From positions 159,211 through 223,210 of the forward strand of contig NZ_CP036281.1 in the NCBI RefSeq assembly GCF_007750395.1: a stretch of DNA of 64,000 nucleotides, read 5' to 3'. The translations under genes were made by a program, and so were the position numbers. Below are positions 20,583-28,957 of the stretch, piece by piece. This stretch comes from Polystyrenella longa (GTDB taxonomy: Bacteria; Planctomycetota; Planctomycetia; Planctomycetales; Planctomycetaceae). A model generated the notes under the pieces. It was not told the DNA's origin and searched no databases. It worked only from the letters and a program-made list of their open reading frames with translations. Within the stretch, counting starts at the first letter, position 1, and every line of letters begins with the position of its first letter.

Positions 20583-21689
20583 GTGAGTATGCCCACCCGT
20601 TTAATCTGCGCTTTGTCTGCCTTGCTGCTGTGCGGAAGTCTGGGAAGTCCTGTCCTTCCCGCCGCCGAAGAAGAGACCTACGACCCCAATACCACCCAGG
20701 CCCAGCCCGGTTTTGTGAAACAGGAGTTCATCTATGTCACTCCCGAGCATCCGCAATGTCACGCGTCGACGCTCGCGGAAACTTCCAGCGGTCTCGTTGC
20801 TGCCTGGTTCGGGGGAACGCACGAAAAGAATCCCGATGTTGGTATCTGGTTCTCTCGCCATCTCAATGATGAATGGACGAAGCCGGTCGAACTGTACAAC
20901 GGTGTTCAGGCGGATGGAACACGCCACCCCACCTGGAACCCCGTTCTACATCAGGTCGCTGATGGTCCCCTGATTCTGTTTTACAAAGTCGGCCCCGACC
21001 CCCGTACCTGGTGGGGCATGATGGCCAAAAGCTACGATGACGGTCAAACTTGGGGTGATCCTGTGCGTCTGCCGGATGAAATTCCGGGACCAATTAAAAA
21101 CAAACCTTTCGTCACCAAAGAGGGAACGTTGCTCTCTCCTACCAGTACCGAGAACGAAGGCTGGCGAGTCCAGATCGACTGGACCAAAGACGAAGGCCGC
21201 AGTTGGCACTCAACTGGTCCATTGAATGACGGTGAAGAAATTGGAGCCATTCAGCCTTCAATCGTTCAGTATGGTGACCGATTGCAGATTCTCTGTCGTA
21301 GCCGTCAGGGAAAAATCGCCGAAGCCTGGTCCGACGACAATGGCCGGACCTGGGGCGAAATGACCTTGAGCGAAATGCCTAACAACAACAGCGGAACAGA
21401 CGCCGTCAATATGAAGCAGGGAGGCGTCATCCTCATCTACAACCACGTTGGTGGCAAACGAGATCGCTCTCCGCTCAATATCGCTGTAACGGAAAATGGG
21501 AAAGATTGGCAGGCCGGGCTGGTTCTCGAATCAAATCCGGGCGAGTATTCCTATCCAGCAATTATCCAGACCAGCGACGGAATGATTCACGCGACTTACA
21601 CTTTCAAACGACGTCGCGTGAAACATGTCGTCATCGATCCGACCAAGCTCGAATTGAAGCCGATCGTCGATGGTGTCTGGCCCGAATAA
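20583..21689 (+). CDS. Secreted BNR/Asp-box repeat beta-propeller protein (sialidase / GH33-like)
   Basis: Signal peptide MSMPTRLICALSALLLCGSLG. Three Asp-boxes: SYDDGQTW, TKDEGRSW, SDDNGRTW. 368 aa. Confidence 0.75.
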   Translation: MSMPTRLICALSALLLCGSLGSPVLPAAEEETYDPNTTQAQPGFVKQEFIYVTPEHPQCHASTLAETSSGLVAAWFGGTHEKNPDVGIWFSRHLNDEWTKPVELYNGVQADGTRHPTWNPVLHQVADGPLILFYKVGPDPRTWWGMMAKSYDDGQTWGDPVRLPDEIPGPIKNKPFVTKEGTLLSPTSTENEGWRVQIDWTKDEGRSWHSTGPLNDGEEIGAIQPSIVQYGDRLQILCRSRQGKIAEAWSDDNGRTWGEMTLSEMPNNNSGTDAVNMKQGGVILIYNHVGGKRDRSPLNIAVTENGKDWQAGLVLESNPGEYSYPAIIQTSDGMIHATYTFKRRRVKHVVIDPTKLELKPIVDGVWPE

Positions 21690-22007
21690 AGGGCGAGATT
21701 CCGAAATCGAGCTATTACCAGAACAGATATCGAAAGAGTTTTTTCCGAGTGGAAAAGGCTCTTTTTTCTTTTTGTAGTCCGCGCAAATTGCCTCTGTTAA
21801 AAATATCAGAATCGGGATAGCACGAAATGGGAAGATTTGTCAGAATGCCGCCCGCTCCAATTTGGCTGTGAGCTCTCTCAGTCCGATGAAAATAACAGAG
21901 ATTTCAGCAAGGTGATCAGGATGATCAAACCGGCTTGTTTTCCTCTTTAATTCTGATTTTTATCACGATTAATACGCTTAAAAACGACTTCGCAGGGTGA
22001 TTGAACC

Positions 22008-23048
22008 ATGGATGGATATGGTGTACAGGAAGATCAGGCTTACCAGGATAATCAAGGCTTCCAGCCGGAACAGGGTGGACAGCATGAGCAGGGGGCTCAG
22101 GAAGAACAGGTCGTCGCCGGCAAGCGACGTCTGGGGCGCGGATTAAGCGCGCTGCTGGGCGGAAAAAGTCAGGAAGGCGAACGGATTGTCGAAGGAGAAG
22201 AACATTTCCAGGCAAGCAATTCAGAAGACAAAAATCACATCGCCGTCGAACTGATCGAACGCAATCCGTCTCAACCCCGAAAACAATTCAGCGAACTTGC
22301 GTTAAATGATCTTGCCCAGAGCATCAAAATGCATGGTCTGCTGCAACCAGTCCTCGTGAGATCACATGAAGGACGTTACCAGCTGATCGCGGGTGAACGC
22401 CGCTGGCTGGCCGCCAAACAGGCCGGCCTGACCAGCATTCCCTGCCGCGTGCTGGAGCTTTCCGATCAATACGTGGCCGAAGCGGCTCTCGAAGAGAACC
22501 TCAAACGAGAAGACTTGAACGCCCTTGAAAAAGGGGAAGCGTTCAAGGAGATGCTCGAAAAATTCTCGTTGCGGGTTGAAGATCTTGCTACCCGCATGAG
22601 TATGGACCGATCGACTGTAACGAACCTGATTCGCTTGCTCGAATTGAGCGAGCCGGTCAAAGAAGAACTGCGAAACGATCGCATTACCAACGGACACGCG
22701 CGTGCACTCCTGGCCGTCACAGACCATGAAGCCCAAGTGAATATCTGCCAGCAGATCATCAATGACAAAGTCTCTGTTCGCAAAACCGAGAAGTTAGTCA
22801 AAGACTGGCAGAAGCAGGGGGATGAAGGTGCCGAAGTTATTCAGTTCCCCGGAAATGAAAAACAGGACAAAAAACAACCTCCCGAAATGAACAACCACAT
22901 CGCCTCGTTGCAGGAGCAGTTGCGACAGGTGTTAGGGTCACAGGTTGAAATCAAACTGAAAACGAATGACACCGGTAACATCGTCATTCCCTTCAACTCG
23001 AATGAAGACTTCGAACGGATCTTGAATATCGTTCGAAATGCCGCCTAG
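22008..23048 (+). CDS. parB: ParB/Spo0J-like partition protein (CTPase fold) with Q/E-rich N-terminal extension; no adjacent parA
   Basis: 'LLQPVLVRSHEGRYQLIAGERRWLAAKQAGLTSIPCRV' (GERRxRA box), HTH 'RVEDLATRMSMDRSTVTNLIRLLEL', C-terminal dimerisation region. N-terminal ~50 aa is a low-complexity Q/E/G repeat, so the true start may be downstream. Confidence 0.8.
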   Translation: MDGYGVQEDQAYQDNQGFQPEQGGQHEQGAQEEQVVAGKRRLGRGLSALLGGKSQEGERIVEGEEHFQASNSEDKNHIAVELIERNPSQPRKQFSELALNDLAQSIKMHGLLQPVLVRSHEGRYQLIAGERRWLAAKQAGLTSIPCRVLELSDQYVAEAALEENLKREDLNALEKGEAFKEMLEKFSLRVEDLATRMSMDRSTVTNLIRLLELSEPVKEELRNDRITNGHARALLAVTDHEAQVNICQQIINDKVSVRKTEKLVKDWQKQGDEGAEVIQFPGNEKQDKKQPPEMNNHIASLQEQLRQVLGSQVEIKLKTNDTGNIVIPFNSNEDFERILNIVRNAA

Positions 23049-23079
23049 TCTTGTCCAGGATAAGAGTGATGCCGCGCCG

Positions 23080-23543
23080 TTATGACTTCGATGTGCGTCG
23101 TTGAAATGGATAGAACCAGCTCCCGTACGGTTTCACTAGTGCGGGGAGTGGTTCGTCATACCGAACCGGGTTCACCAGCTCCCAGGCGTAACATCCCTTG
23201 AGCACTTCCGCAGGAACCTGGGCCCGGGGTGCATCGTCCTCTACCGTCGGACGAATGTGGACCAGTTCTACTTCACCCACGACGGCCGCGTGGGGCAGTT
23301 CGCTTAATGTCAGTTCATGTTCTCGCGTCCGCTGCTGCGAGTAATCTGTCTGAGCATGCGCCTTCGAAGCATAGAGATAGAGTTTGCCTCGATATTCTGT
23401 TCCCAGCTCCGCACCTCAATTGTTTTAATGCCACGCAGGATGAGCTCGATCCACGGATATTGAATACCGAGCGCCGGACGTTCAAGATCGACGTCTGCGG
23501 GAAGTAGACTGCTTAAAGGTTTGTTTGAAGCGGGCAGACTCAT
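23080..23543 (-). pseudogene. ASCH-domain protein gene interrupted by a -1/+2 frameshift near 23399-23410
   Basis: The N-terminal piece (23543..23310) reads 'GIQYPWIELILRGIKTIEVRSW' and then runs into nonsense. The continuing ASCH sequence 'GTEYRGKLYLYASKAHAQTDYSQQRTREHELTLSELPHAAVVGEVELVHIRP...AWELVNPVRYDEPLPALVKPYGSWF' lies in the adjacent frame and runs through the second track ORF (23280..23080). The shift sits at a GGG run, 'GGAGCTGGGAA'. Confidence 0.55.
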
Positions 23544-23940
23544 AATGATGCCAGAGAGGAACGAACGGAGAGTCGGAGGGATCTTCTGGGGTGAAGTTCT
23601 CCACGGAGTTGCTTAATTCTGAGGTAGGTATATGTGCTCTATCTTGTGCTCGACTTCATCGTCCACCTTTAACTGCCAAGTGAATATGAGGGTGCCACGG
23701 TTAGCTCAACTAACCGTGCCAATGTGTGTTCTCTTATCCTTAGAGGATTTAAGGGTAATCGGAAAGAATCCGGTACCAGTTCCGTGCAATAATTTAAAAC
23801 AGTCGATTGACTGCGTTAACGTCTCTCACCCGACTAGACGAGCTAACCGGGGCACCCGGTTTTTCGTAATCGTTCGTTTGTTTCAGGGTTTATTTAAGTG
23901 AAGGATAGTGACCCCCAGACGAAATGCTGCTTGAAATTAC

Positions 23941-24918
23941 TTAACCCTTCGTCTGTACTTTCGCTTCCCAACCATAGTCGACGTAGTGATGTTCGAAGGT
24001 GCCATCGGTGTGAATGTCGACGACTCCAAAACCTTCTTGTACTTCAAAGCCACTATCTATATTCGGACCGTACCACCAGCCACCACAGACAGCTCCGTCG
24101 CAAATGTAAGTGACGTTTCCGCGTTCGATGCGGTCGATTTCATGCAAGTGACCGGAGAGGGCGAGCTTCACATTATGGTTGTGGAAGAGGCGACCCATTT
24201 CCAGGCTGTTGGAGAACATTCCCGGGCCGCCGGAGATATAAAAGTCTTCCCCCAGTAGTTCCGGTTGTTTACGCATGCTGGTCACTGTGAGCACCGGTAT
24301 ATGAGTAACGACAACCGCAGGCGTTTCTTTCGGTTTGGCGGCGAGGTCGGACTGCAACCAGGCCATCTGTTCTTCATCAAGTCCCGCCGTGTATTTGTAG
24401 CGTTTTTCGACCGTCGGTTGGATACTGTCGAGCACATAGAACCGCCAGCCGTTGTGGTCGAAAGCATAGTATGTTTTTTCGAGTTCCAGATGGTCTCGGA
24501 TCAGGCCTTTTCCAAACAGCGGGTTCATCGTGTCAAGTTCTTCCCGCCGCGACCAACCATAGACATCGTGGTTACCGACACAAGGATGAACGGGGATCCC
24601 AGTGTGATCGGCGACGATCTGTTTATAGAGTTTGAAGAGCTGGTTTCCTCGTTCGTAATCCTTGCCTGCATCATAAATTAAATCACCCCCGGTCAGGATG
24701 AAGTCGGGCTTGGGGTCGAGTGCTTCGACCGCTTCTAGACACTTCGTCATTCCCGCACCCCCTTCACGTTCCGGCTGGACGTGAATGTCAGTCAGATGCA
24801 CAAACCGAAAGGCTGGCTTCATTTCGTCGTCGGCATTCGCCAACCGGCTGAACGAAGTCGGAATCATCAACCCGGCAGAAGTGAGCGTCGCCGTTTTGAG
24901 AAAATCACGTCGGAACAT
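23941..24918 (-). CDS. Calcineurin-like metallophosphoesterase with twin-arginine (Tat) signal peptide
   Basis: 'MFRRDFLKTATLTSAGLMIP' (RRxFLK Tat motif). Metallophosphatase motifs 'FVHLTDIHV', 'GGDLIYD', 'GNHD', 'GHLHE'. Confidence 0.8.
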   Translation of the reverse strand: MFRRDFLKTATLTSAGLMIPTSFSRLANADDEMKPAFRFVHLTDIHVQPEREGGAGMTKCLEAVEALDPKPDFILTGGDLIYDAGKDYERGNQLFKLYKQIVADHTGIPVHPCVGNHDVYGWSRREELDTMNPLFGKGLIRDHLELEKTYYAFDHNGWRFYVLDSIQPTVEKRYKYTAGLDEEQMAWLQSDLAAKPKETPAVVVTHIPVLTVTSMRKQPELLGEDFYISGGPGMFSNSLEMGRLFHNHNVKLALSGHLHEIDRIERGNVTYICDGAVCGGWWYGPNIDSGFEVQEGFGVVDIHTDGTFEHHYVDYGWEAKVQTKG

Positions 24919-25173
24919 AGTGGGAGGATCCTTGGTTGGAAAACTTGGAGTCGTTTCTTGTATTGAACCATATGGTTCAAGGATAACTCAACCCGTTTGC
25001 TTCCAATTGAAAGACATTTATGGGGGCGGCTGGAATCGAGAACACGATTCAGGCCTTGTAGTAAACACGAAGTCACGAAGAACAGGAGGAGAATCCTTAA
25101 GTCTCAGGTGGAAAATAGTTTTCTCTTGTCTACAAATCTGTACTGAGTCCGTAACTCCATCAGGAAATTATCG

Positions 25174-25932
25174 ATGAGCAGCTTTGAAAATAAAAAATAT
25201 CTGATCTTCGGAGCGACAGGTTGTGTGGGAAGTCTGGTGGCGAAGCAACTGGTCGGCGACGGGGCGCGGATGATGTTAACAGGACGGGATGAGGAGAAAC
25301 TGAAACGGTTGAGTGAGTTGCTGGGCCAACCGTACGTTGTGGTCGAGGCAAGGCAACCGCCGCAGATTGAAGAGGCTTTCGAAGCTGCTGTAGAGCAGAT
25401 GGCAGGAATCGATGGCGTCGTGAACTGTATGGGATCGGTGTTGTTGAAACCGGCGCATTTGACGTCGCTTCAGGAATGGCATGAGACGCTGGCCGTGAAT
25501 CTGACGTCGTCATTCCTGGTCGCAAAGATGGCCGGTAAGCTGATGAAAAAGTCGGGCGGATCTGTGGTGCTCGTCTCTTCCTCTGCAGCGCAGATTGGGA
25601 TGTCGAATCATGAAGCGATCGCGGCGGCCAAGGCGGGAGTCGAGGGGCTGACTCGGTCGGCCGCTTCGACCTATGCGGGGCAGGGGATCCGTTTTAACGC
25701 GGTGGCGCCCGGTCTCGTCAGATCGAACATGACCCGCTCGATCTGGGAGAACGAATCGCTGGCCGAGTTCTCCAAAGAGATGCACGCCCTCGGTCGATTG
25801 GGAGAACCCGAGGATATTGCCTCTGCGATCTCCTGGTTACTCGATCCATCGAACGGTTGGATCACAGGGCAGGTGATCAATGTAGACGGCGGACTAAGCC
25901 GCGTCATGCCCCGCAAAAAAATGACGAAGTAA
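25174..25932 (+). CDS. Short-chain dehydrogenase/reductase (SDR) family oxidoreductase
   Basis: 'YLIFGATGCVGSLVA' (TGxxxG cofactor motif), 'NCMG', catalytic 'YAGQG..K'-like region, 'VNVDGGLS' C-terminus. 252 aa. Confidence 0.85.
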   Translation: MSSFENKKYLIFGATGCVGSLVAKQLVGDGARMMLTGRDEEKLKRLSELLGQPYVVVEARQPPQIEEAFEAAVEQMAGIDGVVNCMGSVLLKPAHLTSLQEWHETLAVNLTSSFLVAKMAGKLMKKSGGSVVLVSSSAAQIGMSNHEAIAAAKAGVEGLTRSAASTYAGQGIRFNAVAPGLVRSNMTRSIWENESLAEFSKEMHALGRLGEPEDIASAISWLLDPSNGWITGQVINVDGGLSRVMPRKKMTK

Positions 25933-25938
25933 AAAATT

Positions 25939-25993
25939 GGGTGGCACAGACAATCACATAGTGTTGTCTGGGTTGCGCAGCAACACTTAAGCA
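25939..25993 (+). repeat. REP-like palindromic repeat, copy 1 (left flank of RAYT)
   Basis: GGGTGGCACAGACAATCACATAGTGTTGTCTGGGTTGCGCAGCAACACTTAAGCA. Contains internal hairpin GACAA-TCACATAGTGT-TGTC. Begins 7 nt after the SDR stop codon. Inverted copy at 26588..26643, direct copy at 37439..37493. Confidence 0.75.
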
Positions 25994-26003
25994 CTGTATC
26001 CTC

Positions 26004-26531
26004 TCACGGTCGAGATATCAAAACGCCATCCTGTTCTCCGGTATCGTAATATCTTGCCGAACTCCACTTCCACGTGCTTGCTTCAACGCAATAGTTCTTA
26101 CGAACCGGATTCTGGTGGATGTAGTTCAACTCATCGTTCAGCTTTTCTTCGGATTCGATTTCGAAAGAATAATATCGTGTTTGCCAGAGGGGATCGTCGA
26201 TAGCGCGTATACTCCATTTATCAACGATATCATCACCCAGTTCCTTTCGGATCCATTTTGAAGAACGTTATTTGAGATGCTTCATGAAATTCGAAAGTTG
26301 CCCAGGCTCAGGAAACCAGATGATGAAGTGAACATGCTCGGGCATAATGACGTAGCCAATCAAGTGAGCATTTTGTTTCTCAGCCTGAGATGTTAGCGCC
26401 CACTGGAAGATTTCGGCAGCTCGCTCGATAGAGAAGAACATTCGCCGGTCATAGCAACTGGTGGTAACGAAGTGAGCGTAGAGTTTCTCGCTGAAGATTC
26501 TTCTTCTATGGGGATGAGTGATATCGTTCAT
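26004..26531 (-). pseudogene. REP-associated tyrosine transposase (RAYT) / IS200-like HuH Y1 transposase with an in-frame TAA stop at 26268..26270
   Basis: N-terminal part 'HPHRRRIFSEKLYAHFVTTSCYDRR...HLIGYVIMPEHVHFIIW' (HuH motif) ends 'FMKHLK*'. The same frame continues 'RSSKWIRKELGDDIVDKWSIRAIDDPLWQTRYYSFEIESEEKLNDELNYIHQNPVRKNYCVEASTWKWSSARYY' (catalytic Tyr region, 'NPV...W.WSS' tail) to TGA at 26004. Confidence 0.7.
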
Positions 26532-26587
26532 GTCTTGCCCGGATATCGCGGCTTGAGTATTCGGTTTCTCATGCGGGTGAAGTTCAT

Positions 26588-26643
26588 TGCTTGAGTGTTG
26601 CTACGCAACCCAGACAACACTTCGTGATTGTCTGGGCCACCCC
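26588..26643 (-). repeat. REP-like palindromic repeat, copy 2 (right flank of RAYT, inverted orientation)
   Basis: TGCTTGAGTGTTGCTACGCAACCCAGACAACACTTCGTGATTGTCTGGGCCACCC is the reverse complement of copy 1 with about 5 mismatches in 55. Confidence 0.75.
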
Positions 26644-26689
26644 TGTTTTGAACGAGAGTCTTAACAATACCTCTCCGACCATCACAGGT

Positions 26690-26983
26690 TTATCTGTGTC
26701 GATGGGAATTTGCTAACGTACAAAAATCTTCCCACGAATTGATCCGTGGATCTGCAGAGTCTCCTAATACTTTATTAAGAGCATGCAGCAGATTGTAAAG
26801 AGCGTTGTTTTGGGGAGAATCACCTAACTCTTCATGATTATTTGCTTCCTCATCTGTATTTCCGACGGGCATGTATGCGGGATGCCCTTGATCGCCATTT
26901 TGAAATCCGATCTTTGAATTATTTCGTACGGCAAAGATCAGGGCATCATAAACAATTCGTGTTTGTTCTTCAGAAAGATTCAT
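26690..26983 (-). CDS. Hypothetical small protein (97 aa) in a low-GC (~40%) segment between the RAYT element and dprA
   Basis: Single intact ORF co-oriented with dprA. No recognisable motif. Composition differs from surroundings. Confidence 0.35.
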   Translation of the reverse strand: MNLSEEQTRIVYDALIFAVRNNSKIGFQNGDQGHPAYMPVGNTDEEANNHEELGDSPQNNALYNLLHALNKVLGDSADPRINSWEDFCTLANSHRHR

Positions 26984-27039
26984 TTTATCTGCCTAACTGT
27001 TCTTAAATGTTTATAAGTGAGAACTTTTGAAGCGAAGAT

Positions 27040-28176
27040 TCAAGGTCTGGATAAGTAATTTCCGGGGTGTCGTCTGACGAGTTGTTTCATTTCGAGGACG
27101 GTGAGGGTTGAGAGGACGCGGGACGGATCGAGAGTGACGGCTCGGAGGACTTCGTCGATGTGTTTGGGGTCGGAGGTGAGAGCATTCAGGATGGCTGTTT
27201 CCTGTTCGTTCAAATTGAGTTCAATCGGTTTGCGGATTTCGCCTTTCTCTTTCGATTGGACCGGTTTGGAAAGAGGACCGAGTTCGTCGATGACATCTTC
27301 CACACTGCGGATTAACGTCGCTCCATCGCGAATTAAATCGAGGCAGCCCTGGCTTTCCAAACTGTCGATCCGACCGGGTACAGCGAAGACGTCGCGTCCT
27401 TGTTCCATCGCGTGGCGGGCGGTGTGGAGCGAGCCACTTTTCCGGGAGGCTTCGATGAGGATGACTCCCAGGCTTAACCCCGAGATGATCCGGTTACGTT
27501 GCGGAAAGAGACCGGCAATGGGAAGTTGGTCAAAACAGGATTCGGTGATGAGAGCGCCCTGCTGGACGACCCGGGCGGCGAGGTCTTTATGCTCGGGCGG
27601 ATAGACGGTACCGAGGCCGGTTGCGAAAACGGCGAGCGTTCGACCGCCTGCTTCAATGGCGCCTCGATGGGCGGCAGCGTCGATACCACGGGCAAGGCCC
27701 GAGACGACGGTCACACCGGCCCGGGCGAGGGCACCAGCGATTTTGTGTGCTTGCCCAAGACCATACGGCGTACATCGGCGGGAACCGACAATTGCGATGG
27801 CGAGCCCGTCAGCGGGTTGAATGTCGCCTTTGTAATACAGCAATTGCGGCGCGTAGCAATTCTGGTCAAGCAGTGTAGGGTATTCGTCGGTGCCCCGGAG
27901 CAGAATATTCACGTTCTCGGATTGCAACCGGGCCAACTCGGTGCGTGCCGTTGTTCCCTCTTTACCTTCGAGAATTTTACGAGCCAGCTTAGGCCCCAAA
28001 CCGGGAAGGGCAATCAACTCCTCATGGCTGGCGTTAAAAACTGCCGAGAGCTCACCAAAGTGATTGACCAGGTTCTGAACGGTCCGTGGGCCTACGCCCG
28101 GGATCAAGCTGAGTTGAACCGCGTGCAGCGCGGGGTCGGTCATCGGATCGGTATCCGGTTCGGGAATCGATTGCAT
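27040..28176 (-). CDS. dprA: DNA processing protein DprA (SMF family)
   Basis: 'SLIPGVGPRTVQNLVNHFGE...LIALPGLGPKLARKI' (SAM-like N-domain). Rossmann-like 'IAIVGSRRCTPYGLGQAHKIAGALARAGVTVVSGLARGIDAAAHRGAIEAGGRTLAVFATGL'. C-terminal winged-helix region. Confidence 0.85.
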   Translation of the reverse strand: MQSIPEPDTDPMTDPALHAVQLSLIPGVGPRTVQNLVNHFGELSAVFNASHEELIALPGLGPKLARKILEGKEGTTARTELARLQSENVNILLRGTDEYPTLLDQNCYAPQLLYYKGDIQPADGLAIAIVGSRRCTPYGLGQAHKIAGALARAGVTVVSGLARGIDAAAHRGAIEAGGRTLAVFATGLGTVYPPEHKDLAARVVQQGALITESCFDQLPIAGLFPQRNRIISGLSLGVILIEASRKSGSLHTARHAMEQGRDVFAVPGRIDSLESQGCLDLIRDGATLIRSVEDVIDELGPLSKPVQSKEKGEIRKPIELNLNEQETAILNALTSDPKHIDEVLRAVTLDPSRVLSTLTVLEMKQLVRRHPGNYLSRP

Positions 28177-28287
28177 GAAATTGGCTGCTTCGAGGATTCA
28201 TCAGGACGAAAAAGAAACGAGTGCAGTTTTAGTGTACACGCGAATCCTTTTGTCGCAACCCAAAAAGAGTGATCAGGGCAAACGATT

Positions 28288-28836
28288 TCAACCGAAGAAG
28301 TCTTCGCTGAGAAGAGCATACACGTCGTGGTCGTGCCATTCACCGTAAAGGTTTTCGGCTCGACGGAGAGTCCCCTCTTTCAGGAATCCAAGTCCCTGGG
28401 GGATCTTTCGGCTTTTTTCATTACCGGTCGAGCAGCGGATGACCACTTTTTGCAGGCCATAATATTGGGAACCGAACCGGATTAGTTCTCTTACGCACTT
28501 GGTCATGATGCCGCGGTCGTTGAACTTTTCGCCCAACCAGTAACCAATTTCTCCTGTCTGATTATTGGGGTTAATGCTGTTGAAACCGATGATGCCAGCG
28601 AGTTCCTTTCGATAGAAAATCAGCAACGATAGCCCCGTACCATCTGCGTAGTTCTGCAGTTGCTGCTGCAGGAAGTCACGAGAGTGGTCTACGGAGGTGA
28701 CGCCGTCGAGCCAGGGAAGCCATTTCTTCAGGAATTCGCGGTTCTGGTCAGTCAGTGCGAAAAGCGGCTCTGCATAATACGGGTGGCTCGGTTCCAGATG
28801 GATGTTTTCGTCGACGAAGTGACAAAACATGGTCAT
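28288..28836 (-). CDS. GNAT family N-acetyltransferase (RimJ/RimL-like)
   Basis: 182 aa. 'GIIGFNSINPNNQTGEIGYWLGEKFNDRGIMTKCVRELIRFG' acetyl-CoA binding core. Confidence 0.8.
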   Translation of the reverse strand: MTMFCHFVDENIHLEPSHPYYAEPLFALTDQNREFLKKWLPWLDGVTSVDHSRDFLQQQLQNYADGTGLSLLIFYRKELAGIIGFNSINPNNQTGEIGYWLGEKFNDRGIMTKCVRELIRFGSQYYGLQKVVIRCSTGNEKSRKIPQGLGFLKEGTLRRAENLYGEWHDHDVYALLSEDFFG

Positions 28837-28957
28837 GATCTCCTCCCGTTGTAGAGGGCGTACGTAGATTGGTCGCTGTCACCCAGACAGGCTTACGGGA
28901 GAAGAGGTTCTCGGTTTTACATTTGATTCATAAAGAATCCTCGTTTTATATAACCGA

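Larger units (their letters stand above)
25939..26643. mobile_element. REP-RAYT-REP unit: degenerate IS200/IS605-like tyrosine transposase bracketed by inverted REP hairpins
   Basis: Inverted 55-bp repeats at both ends enclose a single HuH Y1 transposase gene. This is the classic REP/RAYT organisation. The transposase has a premature ochre codon. Confidence 0.65.

Noticed and set aside
27101-28272. Plus-strand ORFs (167, 257 and 85 aa) antisense to dprA
   Set aside because: dprA on the minus strand has unambiguous motifs, whereas these ORFs are Arg/Gly-rich nonsense.
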